DNA of 64,000 bases. Source: Chlorokybus atmophyticus. Its lineage: Eukaryota; Plantae; Mesostigma and Chlorokybus algae. The translations under genes and the position numbers were made by a program. This document shows, piece by piece, positions 48,601 through 62,107 of the stretch. The stretch is from assembly GCA_009103225.1 (NCBI GenBank), contig RHPI01002699.1, positions 224,578 through 288,577 on the forward strand, written 5' to 3'. How positions within the stretch are numbered: position 1 is the first letter of the stretch; every line of letters begins with the position of its first letter. The notes below the pieces were generated by a model. That model searched no databases and was not told the DNA's origin. It saw only the letters and a program-made list of their open reading frames with translations.

Positions 48601-51392
48601 ACGTATGCATGTAACCATGCGTGCTAAGTGAAGCAATACAGACTGGTCCCAGTCTTGCATTGGTTATCGCAGCGAGCGTTGGTGGACAACGCTCGCAGTG
48701 GCAGTACCCTGCTGCTGCGTTGATAGCAGTTGTTCATGATAGAACACTTGTCTGTGATGCCACCATGTGATGGGCCAGATCAACCGCCACATCAGTGCCA
48801 CCACCACCAACAACACCAACAACAACATTCGTGGTTGATTGTGCACAGAGGAAGAGGCTGACCATTGGTGTGGAGCTTGTGGCGAACCCGAGCATTCTCT
48901 TCCTGGACGAGCCGACATCAGGACTGGACTCCCGCGCTGCGCAGCGCGTGATGCGGGGCATCCAGAACATTGCCGCAACGGGCCGCAGCGTGATCTGCAC
49001 CATCCACCAGCCGTCCCACCGCCTCTTCCGTGTCTTCGACAACCTCCTGCTCCTGCGCCGCGGAGGCGAGACCGTGTTCTTTGGGCCTCTCGGGCACGAA
49101 TGCAAGAACCTACTCGACTACTTTGCGGCCATCCCTGGCACCAAGGCCTGCGGCCCCGATCAAGTATGCGCGCATGCATGTATATACGCACGCACGCATG
49201 CAACACTTGCAGCAACAGCAATGGCATGCGCGCGCTAGCACACACACAACACATGTACATGAACCCAACAGTGACAAATTCGGCGACGTGATACGACAAA
49301 ACTCATGTCAACATCGTTTGTCTTGTCCTCCAGAACCCTGCATCATACATGCTGGAGGTGATTGGGGCGGGCATTGGTCACAAGAGCGCCCGTGATTACG
49401 CCCTGGATTACCGCAAGAGCGCCCTTGCGCGCCGCAACGAACAGGACCTGGAGCATGCCAGGGTCCCAACTGTCAGAGTATGTGATATGCGTTGCTGCAC
49501 AATCGCCATTCATGTATTGATGTTCATCGCTGTGCCACAAGTCCTTGTATCGAAGTACTAAACACCTGTGGCAGGTTGGTGAGGGTCTGGAGAAGCAGAA
49601 GTATGTTGCGCCCTTGACACGTCAGGTAAGGTCTTGATTGGACAGTTATGATGCTGTCTGAGTGCAGTTGCAATGTATATATATATATCGACAGGCTCAT
49701 GAGCCAATGCACGCATGTTGGAACTCACACCTCACATGCATGCAAGTAGTGTGTAAGCACGCGTGTGTACGCCCACGTTGGCCATGTTGGTGATCAACAT
49801 GGCCGACTTGTGCGTCTACACAAGCTGAAGTTGTCGTGTCATGACAGTTTCAAGTGGTGGTACTGAGAGCACTGAGAACGTATTGGCGCAACGTGAGCTA
49901 CTCTTTCGGTCGGATAGCATTCGCGATTGTGCTCTCTCTGCTCCTCGGCACGGCGTTTTTCCAGCTGAACCAAACGACATTTCGCGAGGTCACGTCCCGC
50001 AGCGGTCTCATTTTCATCGCGTCGGTGTTTTACGCCATTGTGAACGCCAACAACATCATCCCGCAGCTCAACTACGAACGCGCGGTGTTCTACCGCGAGC
50101 GCTCCACGCGCATGTACTCGGAGGCCGTGTACAATGTGTCGTGGTCTTGTGCGGAGCTGCCCTACCTCGTTGTGTCCACGCTCGTGTTCGTGTCCATATG
50201 CTTCTCGCTTGGTGGCGTTGCCACGGGAGACGCACGCACGTTTTTCCTATTCTGGCTGCTATTTTTCCTCTTCTGCTCCATGACAGGTGACACACTCACA
50301 CCCACACTTTCATACCCACACGCACGCACGCACGCACACTCAGCTTGTCACTCACAAGCCGCAACGTTTTTGGTAATCCCACAACAAGTTGAACAATCCC
50401 TCAACAAGTTGAACAATGTTATCTGCTGTCACAGACAACTTCACAGTTTTGTAGCTAGCGCCCTACCCATTAACAGTTATTTGGTGTGAGTTCTTACTTG
50501 TGTGTCGGCCGTTCGCAGCCAACTTGTGATGCCAGTAGCAATGGTTGTTGTGTTGCTTGTAATGTGCTTGCATGAGTGTGCAGTTGCTGAATGCCAACTT
50601 CTGTCGACACGCAGCGTGAACACCTATCCCCCCAACACTCAGTCCCCAACACTTGTGTGTCACCTTTGCAGTGTCTCTCGGCCTGATGCTTGCGATTCTC
50701 ACTCCCAACGCAATGACCGCGGCGGTGCTCGTGCCCGTCGTCGTGAACGTGTGGAACCTCACGTCGGGCTTCCTCATCCCCAAGGCAAACTTCCCCAACT
50801 TCTACCTCTTCATCTACTGGATCAACCCGTCGCAGTACACATTCAACGGGCTCACGTCGCTGGCTTTCCGATGCGAGCGCGACGGATGCGACACCGATAT
50901 CAACTCCGCGTGCTATTCGGATCCATCGGCGTGCCCGGATTGTACCTGCCCGCGCATAAGCGACCTCGGGAACGTACTCACGTGGCCGTATGTGCGACAG
51001 GTACGATGTTGGTGTGATGCTGTGTTTGTGTTAGTGACAGCAATCTCCTTGGTGTTTGTTGCTATTGTTATTGTCGTTGTGGTTGTCGTGGCGGTGGTCA
51101 TACCTGTCTGTAATATGTGGTGGTTGTTCTTGTTGTTGTGGTGTGGTGTTGTTGTGCTGGTTCTGTATGTTGTTGTTGAAGAGTGTGTCCGCTCAGAATG
51201 CATTGTTGTTGTGTTGGCTTTGTGTGTTGTGCCAAAGTTTGCCTCAGATTGCTCATTGCGGGTGTAATGCAGTCCCAATCGCTGGACTACGGGAGGCTTG
51301 GCTGGGACATCGGCTTCATATGCCTCATGATTGTGCTTTTCCGCTCTATGGCCTTCATCGGTCTCAAGTTCTTGCGCTATGACAAGCGGTGA
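42633..51392 (+). CDS. Full-size ABCG / pleiotropic drug resistance (PDR)-type ABC transporter (NBD-TMD-NBD-TMD)
   Basis: NBD1 [53 protein letters not shown]2 [15 protein letters not shown]|[33 protein letters not shown]. Two ABC2 membrane domains ([15 protein letters not shown]). Stop ...LRYDKR* at 51390-51392. First exon MNGGGSNQ...LPQ is tentative. Confidence 0.95.
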
Positions 51393-52229
51393 AGACAGTG
51401 GGGGCACTACAGGTTGTAACTGTATCGGACAGGCTTAATGCTTGCGCACATGCACAGAAAACTTTCCTTACAATATGATGTGCTGTAGCTTTGTTATTGG
51501 AACTTATGCCGTTGTATATACACCTCGACATAAAGCGTTTGCTGTGGAATGGTGTGTGGTTCAGAATGTACAGGTTTAGATCAATCACAAACGAGGTGTG
51601 CACAAACTGCCACCCATCGTGCGACATGACATGACTGTAATTGCCCACTTTTTGCAATGGTTGCGGCGTGTGTGGTTTTGGTTTGGAGTTCTGAACCTGT
51701 GGTTCAGAACTCCCAGGTTTCAAGTACAACAGAGGCAGAGACTACTGACCATTTGTGCGTGCATGACAACTGTCACTGATTGCCAACCTGAGACAGCTGC
51801 TCACTGGCGCTGTATTGCTCGACACGCTGCAATGTTAGCTTCCATTTTGCCACAACACAACTATCTATACCTTGTGAGCAGATAAGCATTCATACACTGG
51901 TGTGCAGTAGGCAAAGCACCAGTTTAACCGGAAGTGTGCTGATGCAACGCAATACAAGCAGCACAGGCTGGCGCAAGCGAGGAGGATGGAGACTGCGACG
52001 ACTTTACACGTGTGGAAGACGGCTTACCCACCGACTGTTCAGCCACAAGTTCCTGTACACTGCACGTGAGCTAACCACGTTTATTCCATTACCGGCCTTG
52101 ATATTGATAAACACGACATCCACGAACTATGATCACGTTAGTAGCTATTGTACTTAATGTACATACCAATCCACACATTACATACAACACACCTAAAACG
52201 AGAGTCACACACCGACATGTAACTCCAAC

Positions 52230-55200
52230 CTAGTACCCTCCCCTACAGCTCAATGCTTTTGGTGATGTCCTCAACCCGCTTGTAGTGCCGCCGCCTGAAT
52301 GACGCCCTCAACCGCAGGCAGCACGAGCGCACGCCCCACGCAACCAACAACACCGCCAAGGCCACCAACAACCATTTGAACGCCGGCGATTGCGTCCTGC
52401 ATAGACAGGCACTGTCACACACATACGCTTACAGACACATATGCACATGCACATGTAGTAGCAAGAAAGAGACTGGATGCAACTGCATCATGCTGGGAAG
52501 AGCCAACAACCAGGTTGGCTTACTGCTCAGCGAGCTTCGCGGCTTGCTTCTGAACCGCATCTGCGCATGAGAGTTGTCAAGCATGAGCATACGACCTTAT
52601 CAGCACTGCACACCAGGCCACGCACACATGCGCGCATGCACACACGTGCACTCGCACTCGCACTCACACACGCGCGCTTGCATTGTCACTTACCCAATGC
52701 GCTCAAAGGCGGCGGAGCCGAAGCAGGCGTAGAGATGATGCCACCGCTCTCAGCCTCATGCTCGGGCCCTGGTGCAGGTGCCAGTGACTGGTCTGGCAGC
52801 ACGTACTCGGATCCTGAAGCAGGTGCGGGCGCGGGCGGCGTCATGTCACCTGCCAGAGGAAAGAGACTCTCTGGATCCAACGCGGGTTCGGGGGCGGGTA
52901 CGGGAGCAAAGACGGGAGCGGGGGCAGGGGCAGAGGCGGGAACAGTAGTGTAATTGTCTAGTCGGACACACACACACACACACGCGTGAGTGCTAGTGCA
53001 ATTACTGTCACTTGGCCACCACCAAAACCACCAACACACTCACACGTGTGTGCGCGCACACACGTACTTGCACACGGAAACAGCGCTCGCGCGTGCATGT
53101 GGGCGCATACACATGCACACATGCGCATCCACATGCATAGATGCTTGCAAATCATGCTTGCGCATACGTGCCCGCGCACGCACAGGCACAAACGGACACA
53201 TTCAAACACACGCGCACGCCCACCTTGTGAGAGTTGTGCGTTCATGTTGAAAAGGGTGTCATTCAAGGCATCCCGTCCAGGTGCGGGCGCAGGGGAGAGG
53301 TTGTCATAAGCAGGCGCAGTTGCATTGACGTCAACCCCTGCGAAGTTGTACACCGCGGCGTCGCCAATGACGTCGGCAGCCACGCGGGTGCAGTTGGCGC
53401 GCGCGAAGCCCACCTCGCTGTTGTCCACGTCGATGCGCACAAACACGCCGCGCAACAACTCAACTGCACAAAGTACATAGAGACGCATACAGAATATAAG
53501 GGTGATAAACAGATACAAGATGAAGACTACTCAAAGCACACACTATGCATGCGTGCCCATGAGTCACATTTTAGTTGTGCGTGTTGCGACAAAATGCAGA
53601 CAGTATATACGTCGCGCACGCACATTGCACATTCACACATTGACTCTCACCTCCGATGCGTATGCTTTGCACCCCGTTGTTGAACATTCCGACGCATCGC
53701 GCGTCCTCTCTCGTCGAGTGCATATAGAGATAGTTGCGTGGGGGCACGGTGAGTGCGGCCTCGTCGTCACCGACGAAACCCAACACGATGGTGGGCAGCT
53801 TGCGCCACGAGGACGGGTCTGGTGTAGAGAAACACACCTCCATCACGTGGCTCGCGGCACCGCCGTCAACGGGAGAGAAGCCACCAACCCTCTCGACAAC
53901 CTTCCGAACCTGTTGAGAGATGAATTTGTTGACATACGCACGCACGCACGCACGCACTCACCCTTGCACTTAAGTGCACACATGTGCACACGTGCACACA
54001 CCCGTGCAACCCCACGCACACCCACACCCACATACACACGCACAAACACGCATGCGCGTGCCCGTGTACACACGCACGCACATAAACCGCGCCACGGTTG
54101 GGTGTCGTTGGCGTGGCACCCTTACAACATCAAGCAACATCTCTCGGTCACTTACTTTGTCGAGCACGAAAGAGTATGCGGGCGACGGCAGCCGCAGCCC
54201 TTCCGGCATGGACGAAAGCACGGCAGTGTAGGTATGACGTGCAGCGTGGACGTTGTCCTCATCATCACCATTAGTATCGCTGTCATCAACATCATCGACG
54301 ACGTCGGTGTCCTTGTCATCGTCGTCGTCGCTGTCATTGTAGGAGATGGATATCTCCGAGACCTGCACCGCGTATGAACCTGGAGACCTGGCCAAGACGA
54401 CAAGAAGAGCGTGAGGTGCGTGTACACATGGGGCACGTACGTATATACACGTGCTGATGTGTGCTGATGGATGTACAGTCAAGCGCGACCGTGCGTGTGC
54501 ATGCATGTGTGGATGCGTGTGTGCGGTTGGATGCATTGGTGCAACTCGTACATGTCGGGATACACCACTATGTAAGAAATGCACAAGCACGTGAGCATGC
54601 TTATGCATAGTAACTATGCTCGTGCAGTCAACTCTGATGCTATGCGCATACATGTATCGTGTACCTTACACGCTGTGCACACAACCATACGCACACGGAC
54701 GCAACCGCTTACAACCGCCCGACATAGGTGCCCGCACACAACATGCATGGCAAGCACACACGCACACACCAAACACTCACTGCGTGATGTCGACGAGCCG
54801 CGTGTGCGCCATCCCCTCCACCACCTCTTTGGGTATGGTCCAATCTTTCCCCACCACCGCCACACCCTTTTCCACCCCGACACACAACGACAACTCCCCG
54901 CCCTCTATCGCCCCTTCTCTCACGCCTTGCGCGCCCACACCCAACTCACCCGCACCCAACGCAAGCACGCCCGAACCCAACATTCTAGCAGGCTTACACG
55001 CCAACAACATGTTGTTGAGCGATGAGGAGGAGAAGGTGGATATTGTCTCTGTGAACGGTTGCGTGTTGGGTTGCGGGTCGGTGATGGAATTGGAGAATAG
55101 GGCGCAGGAGCGAGAGCATGTTGGGTCGGATTGACAGGATAATGTGTTGCATGACAATGGAGAGTAGGTTGATGAGTTTGCTGGGCGGAAAATGCGGCTC

Positions 55201-56000
55201 GGATCACCCTGCATGCATACGCACATGTGAAAAGCTGTATGTGATTTTGGTGTATTGGGTTTGATTGTTTGCAGAACAATTCATACAGTATGTGCAATCA
55301 AGACAGGTTGGGACACAGAGTACAATGCGGCCAACCAAATGCATAAAACTGGCAGAGCTGACAATGAAAGCAAAGTGGTTGTCTGTGTTCTCTACAGACA
55401 GGCATTCAATCGCGTGCGCGTGCGCACGCATGTGTGTGTGTTGTTGTGTGTATGCGCACGCTCACACAATTTCATGCGTATTCCTTCATGTGTGTGCGCG
55501 CGTGCACATGCACACAGGCGCCCACGCACACACAGATTGAGTCAGTCAATCAACCACCCAATGAACCATTCAACCAAACAAACGATCAGTCTCACCTCGA
55601 AGTTCAGTTGTCTGAGTAGGCACGGTATGTAGCTGACTTCCGCGGTAATGTCGACGTCTAAAAGAACAGTCTGGGGCGGGGTGCCCAGGGTGACGGCCGT
55701 CTGCAGCCTCCTGACGCCGCTGTCGTCGCCCCTGTCAAAAACGATGTATGGATTCAATACCATTCTACATGCAAACAGCACAATGGGGAAGAAGATTGCA
55801 GTAAGGTAGACCCGACCGGACCGGACCGGACCGGACCAGACTGGCTGGCCTGGTAGCCCCCCTACTACTGACCAGGCCAGGGGCAAGACAGCTGCTGAGC
55901 CTCCAGCGGCGTCGGCGGTGCTGCACAAGACGGCGCTGGCTGCCAGGAAGAAGACCAGTAGCACCACCGGAGCTCCCATCCTGGCAGATGACGACGACAT
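52230..56000 (-). CDS. Secreted, membrane-anchored aspartic-protease-fold (A1 / TAXi_N + TAXi_C) protein, probably catalytically inactive, with an Ala-Pro-rich stalk
   Basis: Signal peptide (VVLLVFFLAASAVLC), TLGTPPQ...YIPC, FRPANSSTYSPLSC, LPTIVLGF...TVPPRNYLY...CVGMFNNG, RIDVDNSEVGFARANC. APAP repeats, then TM FKWLLVALAVLLVAWGV and basic tail. Catalytic motifs read DITA and LSSM. Confidence 0.88.
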
Positions 56001-56309
56001 CCCGACTCTCAGGGAACTCGCCTACGCCGCCGCCGAGGCTAAGGCCGCGCAGTGGCAAGCCAGCCAGCAGGCGTGCGCACACGCCAAGTGTCCAGTCTTG
56101 TCGCAGTACAGTACGAGCAAGCACGCGTGTTGCGTTGGAAAACGCCAGTCTGGCTTGCCAAGCCATGCCATGTGGACATGTTGTCAATTGTCAACATCAT
56201 ACTAAAAAAGAGAGGGGGGGGGGGGACGTGACCAGTGGGTTGCTGGCCATGTTGCCGCATTGCCCATTAACATGTGGTAATGATGTTGCTGAATTGATGT
56301 TCAACGGCG

Positions 56310-56370
56310 ACACACACACACACACACACACACACAAATGTATATATATAAATAAATATATATATATATA
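56310..56370. repeat. (CA)n followed by (TA)n microsatellites
   Basis: Directly visible upstream of the protease-like gene. Confidence 0.93.
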
Positions 56371-57394
56371 AAAATAAGTATTAACGATCTGTTATGCAAA
56401 ATCACACATACCAACACACGCATCATTGGCAAAAGGCGGCATAAAGATGACACGATAAACAGCCAGAAACTTGGCGAACCATTGCCCGCTTACAATGCAG
56501 CATCACACCTTGCACGAGCATGTTGTCACAAATACAGGTACCACAACCGCATCAAGAATTCGTTACCAATCATAAATATTTTAACTGTTGATCGAGTGAA
56601 CAGCGTCATCAGCTGCTATAAGAGCGATGATGTCATTTATATGCAATATAACGCTTCTTACTTTACGCGCATAGTACGCATGGTTGTAATGGTGGCTTAT
56701 TGCATTCTCAAATAGGGTTGGGTACAAAGATTATGTTTGTTGAAAATATTGTTAAATGGAACCGAATTGGATCCCTACTCATCATGAGGGCGTATATCTG
56801 GATTGTATATATTGTTACTTGCAAAATTACCACTGGTATTGCAATAATTAGCGCCGTGCTGTTAGCCATGTTGAGGGTGTGTGATATTTGTGGACTTTTT
56901 GACATTGCAATGTGTAACTCATATTTAAATTGATGTAGGCCAAAGCTACATCAAGCAGTGGACTGACAATTCAGACATGGATCATCGTACATCCCACCTC
57001 ACCTTGCTAAGCAGCATTCATATGGCTTGGCTTTGTGCCCCGACCCATTTAACCTGTTGTTTGCTTGTGCTAGCGACTGTGGTTGAGTGTGCTTGCTGTG
57101 TGTGTGCACGCCTTTGCATCTATTTTACGGTACAATATTTACCAACATGCCTATGTATAACTTATTTAAAAGGATGCATTATGAAACACCTTTTGTACGA
57201 CAAGCTCTGAAGGGCAAACCAAGCCAACCCGATTATGTGGCTTAGATTAGCTTCTGTTGTGTGTACCGCCACTCAACCACTTTTAAGCTTACATTGTGTC
57301 GTATACTAACGTTGAAAATAGTTTTACGCACAAGTGTGATAAATTTATTCAGCTGGCAACCTTGTACCCCTTTTCAAACCAGTTACAAGTTGGC

Positions 57395-57655
57395 TTACAC
57401 ATGAAGACCTAAAGGCAGTTTAGAAACATATATAGTTCCAGGTTGGGGGCAAAGTGAAGGCTGGGGCTTGAGAAACGGCGTGGAGAGAAGTTAGATAATC
57501 ACATGTAAACTACGATTCCAATTTTGATGATACACTACAATGCTTACTTAGCCGCCCAGCGAATTTTCCCTCAACTTCACACTGGGAAACACTTGAAAAA
57601 TGCATGCTGCAGGGAAAGTTATATGTCCACTATCTACCTGTTGGTCTTCATGCAC
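57395..57655 (-). repeat. Dispersed degenerate repeat, copy 3 (inverted)
   Basis: Reverse complement matches copies 1 and 2, for example CAAGCCCCAGCCTTCACTTTGCCCCC and AAACTGCCTTTAGGTCTTCATGTG. Confidence 0.75.
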
Positions 57656-58163
57656 GAGGCACGAGACACGTACGAGGGTGCAAGCAATCACGCTTAAACA
57701 AGGGTCGTGATGAGGTATACGCATGTGCAACTTCTTGTGTGCCACATTACGTGTGCGAGTGCCTCCGTGTATGTGCGCAAATGAGCGTCGAGTCGCTGAG
57801 CATGGTAGGGTGTGTACATGTTGTATATGACGTGCTGTGTCACAGTTGCATTGATGATGCACCGCACGGGGCTGTCCTAACTTGTACCCGAAGTGAAGTG
57901 CAACATTGGTTTGTGTATAAGGTTACATTAATCTATTTCAATCTTATACCACAACTTTACCTCCTCATGGCAATACCTTCTTGTTATAATACAAAGTTGT
58001 TCTCGTGATTACATTCTATTACCATCTTCATTCAGCATCATCATGCCATTCCATTCAACGCATGGAGATGGACTTGCTTAAGTAATTGTTGTGGTAAACA
58101 AGCTGAACACAAAGTTAAAGCATGCACAAGTTGTGCAATTACAATTACAGATAGCGTAATTCA

Positions 58164-58991
58164 TCAGTAGCACTCGCCAAAGCGCTGCGCAAGCCCAAAA
58201 TGCGCGAGCGTGCCTCCCGTGTGCACCATGACAACAACACTATCATCACGACCCTCAACACCAATATTATGAACTAACTTCTCCGCCCACTCGTACCCTG
58301 CAAGCGTGTATATCGGGTCCAACAGCATGCCTGTGGCTCGCGCCACCTCACGACACCGCTCTATCTCCCCACCCAACACCTTCCCAAACCTGTGGGTGTT
58401 GAGAGCTTGTTGCATGGATGCTACGCACACAATGCACATATAAACGCACAGGCATATGTGTGCACGCCTGCGCGCGTGTGCACATACATATGTAACTGTG
58501 TGCAGTTGTGACTGTACGAATACACGCGTATGCACATATGTATGCATCAACAAGTATTTGTACACAGCAAACACTTGCATGCGTGCGCATGCGTGTGCAA
58601 GTTGATACACTTTGCATGGTGTGGTTTGTTCTATTGTGTCATACCGTCGGGGGTGCAAGCGGTCGACCCACGTCAAGGGTAACGTTGCCAATATCGGTCT
58701 CGACTGCAAAGGATACTCCCTGTGGAAAGCCTCCACAAGCCGCTGCTGGCGAGCAATGTGGACATTGCGCGTGTCTGCCAGCATGACGCCCAACACGGAC
58801 CAACCACTTAACCTGCCATAGGCGATGATATACTTGATGAATGCATTTGCATAGAGACAGCACATGCATTTGCGTGTATACGCAAGCAGGCGCGCGCACG
58901 CACGCACATACACATACATACGTGTACATGCATATGCACACACATACCTTGAGTGTGTTCCAAAAAGAGACACACTCACGCACGCGCGCGA

Positions 58992-59074
<83 letters not shown>

Positions 59075-59208
59075 NNNNNNNNNNNNNNNNNNNNNNNNNN
59101 NNNNNNNNNNNNNNNNNNNNNNNNNNNNNNNNNNNNNNNNNNNNNNNNNNNNNNNNNNNNNNNNNNNNNNNNNNNNNNNNNNNNNNNNNNNNNNNNNNNN
59201 NNNNNNNN

Positions 59209-59258
<50 letters not shown>

Positions 59259-61036
59259 TCTCTCGTCATTCTCACCCTAACAATGAGATGCCAAGCGAGA
59301 AGGCCACCGCAGTTGTCCCTGTGCCCGAGTCAATCACAAACACATAACGTTGGGCTGGAGGCAACACGCCAGGCCGCGAGAGGTACTCCACCAGCCTGAT
59401 CACACCTGAGCACACGCACTTATTGTTACATAAAAACTAGTCACATGCTACTACGAAACATTCATGCACACGCACGCACCCCCACAGCCACAAACCCACC
59501 TAAGCACGCTTCCGGTTCATCCGCCCCTTCATTAATCCTCCCAACAACAATCCCTCCCCTCTCCTCCCTCAACTCCCGCGCATATCTCTCCATCATCCCC
59601 GCCCGGTCGGCGTACTCGTCTCTCTTAACGTACACCACTCTCGTCCCGTAGATGTGACAGAGGAGCGTGTAACCCGTGAGTTGAGGTGGACGCTCGCCGC
59701 GGAGGAGGAGGTGGGAGGACATGTTGGACTCGGAGCAGGCGCAAGCTGCGGTGATGAAGGAGGAGTGAGTGAATGAGTGAGTGAGTGTGCGGAGTGGTGA
59801 GTCGTTTGTCTATGAGAGTCAATTGCACTCACTCTCTTCATGTGTGTGCATGCGCGTGCGCATCTCTGCGCATGTGTGCGTGTGCGTGAGCAGGTGTGCG
59901 TGTGTGTGCGTGTATTTCTGCGCAGGAACGTGTACGCGCGCACGCGAGTGTGTGCATGTGTACTTGTACATGTGCATGTGTGCGCGTGTGCATGTGTCCT
60001 TCACATTGCAAGAAGGCAACTTTACCGACAGCGGCAGTGTGCGCACTCTGAACGCCACCACAAGTGACCTGATCAAGCAAATCATCCAGTAGTCAGTGCA
60101 GTACTGCTGATGACCGTGTTGTTGTTGTTGTTGTTGTTATTGTTACCACGTCGGTGACGCCTTCAGCGCGCAGGGCAGGTATAAGGGCGTCGAGCTTGCG
60201 TGCTTTGTTGCCTCCGAGCAGCGGGTGCAGCAAGTCATCCCTTACAACCCAAAACCCACCTTGCTTATCACAACAATAACCCCCAGTCAATCAATCAATT
60301 TATCACTCAACCACTCAATCACCAAAGAGATGAGTAGTAGCTCCCAACCAGTGGTTCAGTATTTGGTTTGTTATGAGCTTACTGTTGGGTTTGTGAGGTG
60401 ATGATGTTGTTGTTGTCGGGATGTGGTCGATGCGGGTGTCGGGGGAGCGAAGGAGCCACGCGCGGTCTTGGAGGAGCTGTTTGATGGGATGTGATTGTGA
60501 CTGTGGTTGTGGAGGGGAAGGAGGGGGGGAAGAACTGGTTGTGGCTGAGGAGTGGCTATGAGCCTGTGGGCAACGAGTCACGGGTTCAATTATCCAATAA
60601 GTGAATGGATATATGACTGAATGCGTCTTTGCTTCAGATTATGAGCGGCTGACATGACGCTAACATGATTGACATGTTGAAGGATTGGATGCATGCACGA
60701 GTAAATGACTCGAGTGATGTAAGAGTGAGTACAATGATGGATGGGATGAGCGGACAAGTGGTCAAGTTTAGGTTCGTAAGTTATGAACCACACAGCTGAT
60801 GCATGCATGAATGTTTGAGGGTGAGTAACATCAAACAATGAGTCTATCAACCCCAAAGTAACCAAGCACGGCCTTGCCTGGTAGCAACAATGTAGAGGAG
60901 GTGGTCGTCGTCGTCGGCTTTGCCGCCGCCTCCATCGCCGTGTTGCAGCTCGGCCGCCGCCTCCAACGATGAGTGCAGGAGAGATCTCAGCCGGACCCAA
61001 CACCCGCGCCGCCGCCGCCGCCGCCGCTGTAAGCAT
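58164..61036 (-). CDS. PLP-dependent D-cysteine desulfhydrase 2-like protein (ACC deaminase family), organelle-targeted
   Basis: [20 protein letters not shown] (PLP Lys), [22 protein letters not shown]...[46 protein letters not shown]. Arg/Ala-rich N-terminal presequence. Intron 1 has a GC donor. Confidence 0.9.
58995..59256. repeat. Intronic (GA)n microsatellite spanning an N gap
   Basis: AG runs on both sides of the gap. Confidence 0.95.
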
Positions 61037-62107
61037 AGCAGCAAGGGCCGAGACACTACTACTCTCCCTCTCTCTCGCTGCCCTGACCTATGATGATGAT
61101 GTTGTGTAGGTTTTTAGTGAGTTTTACGGATGTTAGTAGTTGTGCAAAATATTGACAGCTCAGGACCTCACTGCTCCCAGGTAATTCAGTTGTTGCTCTC
61201 TCTCTCTGTCGCTCTCTCTCTCTCTCTCTCTGCTAAGCTTACCTTCATTGCCTGTGTGCTCTGTACACGGCATGCATTGTCCTCCATGTCGTCGCTGGCC
61301 TGACCTCTACTTGTACCTGTGCGTCTGCCCTGCCTGCCTGCTCTGCCCTTGCATGCACATAGCGACCACGTGCCCTAGGCTAGGTTGTTGGTTGGTGAGA
61401 GTTGTTGTTGTGTGGTGTTTGGATGTGAGTGTACAGGATAAGCGTGAGGCTATTATAAGCATGCATTTCAACGCCATGCATCACATGCAGCAAGCCATAC
61501 CCACCTCAATGCTGCGTATACGACCACCGGGCTCGGAACTCTACCCTGTACTCTGTCTCTGTGCTGTGCTATGTCTGCTTGCATTCGAGGGCTACTCTGT
61601 TATACCTATGCATTGTGTACGGTGTATAACATAGTATGCAAGGATTGTGGCATGCATGAGAATGTAGCAAACATGCATGCAGTGGTGTGTGTACATCATC
61701 AAGTACAGACTGCATACTTACCTTTGCGGTTCTCAAAGCCACATGTCACACCAAACGTGTTGCGAGCTTGCGACAACAGAAACCAGTTGTACAAGTTGGC
61801 ACCGACCTTACGCCTGTGGGTCGCAAGCAAATGCAGACACGTGGTACATATACCAGCCAGCTGCCATTACATGTCGTGTCCATCCACATGTTACTAAACA
61901 ACTGTACCATGTTCTGCATCAGAGTATTCAATCTGTGCGGACATGCGCAACACACACATGTCTAACTCGCGTGGAATAGTATATAGCTGCATTACTCATA
62001 AACTAGTACTAGACAATCTAGCCTAATGACAGCAGTAAATACCTCCAATAACAATATACCCAAAATTGCAGTTCACAACATGCGGCACTGAAACATACAC
62101 AACTCGT

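Noticed and set aside
55745-55880. Apparent premature TGA after the signal peptide of the protease-like gene
   Set aside because: It arises only with the upstream acceptor. The acceptor TTTTTGACAG gives TG|G (Trp) and an open frame, so the gene is not a pseudogene.
41380-57655. One giant Pack-type element bounded by inverted repeats carrying the ABCG and protease-like genes
   Set aside because: A third copy of the repeat lies at 39.4 kb, similarity is low, there is no TSD and the enclosed genes are intact. Independent old insertions explain it more simply.
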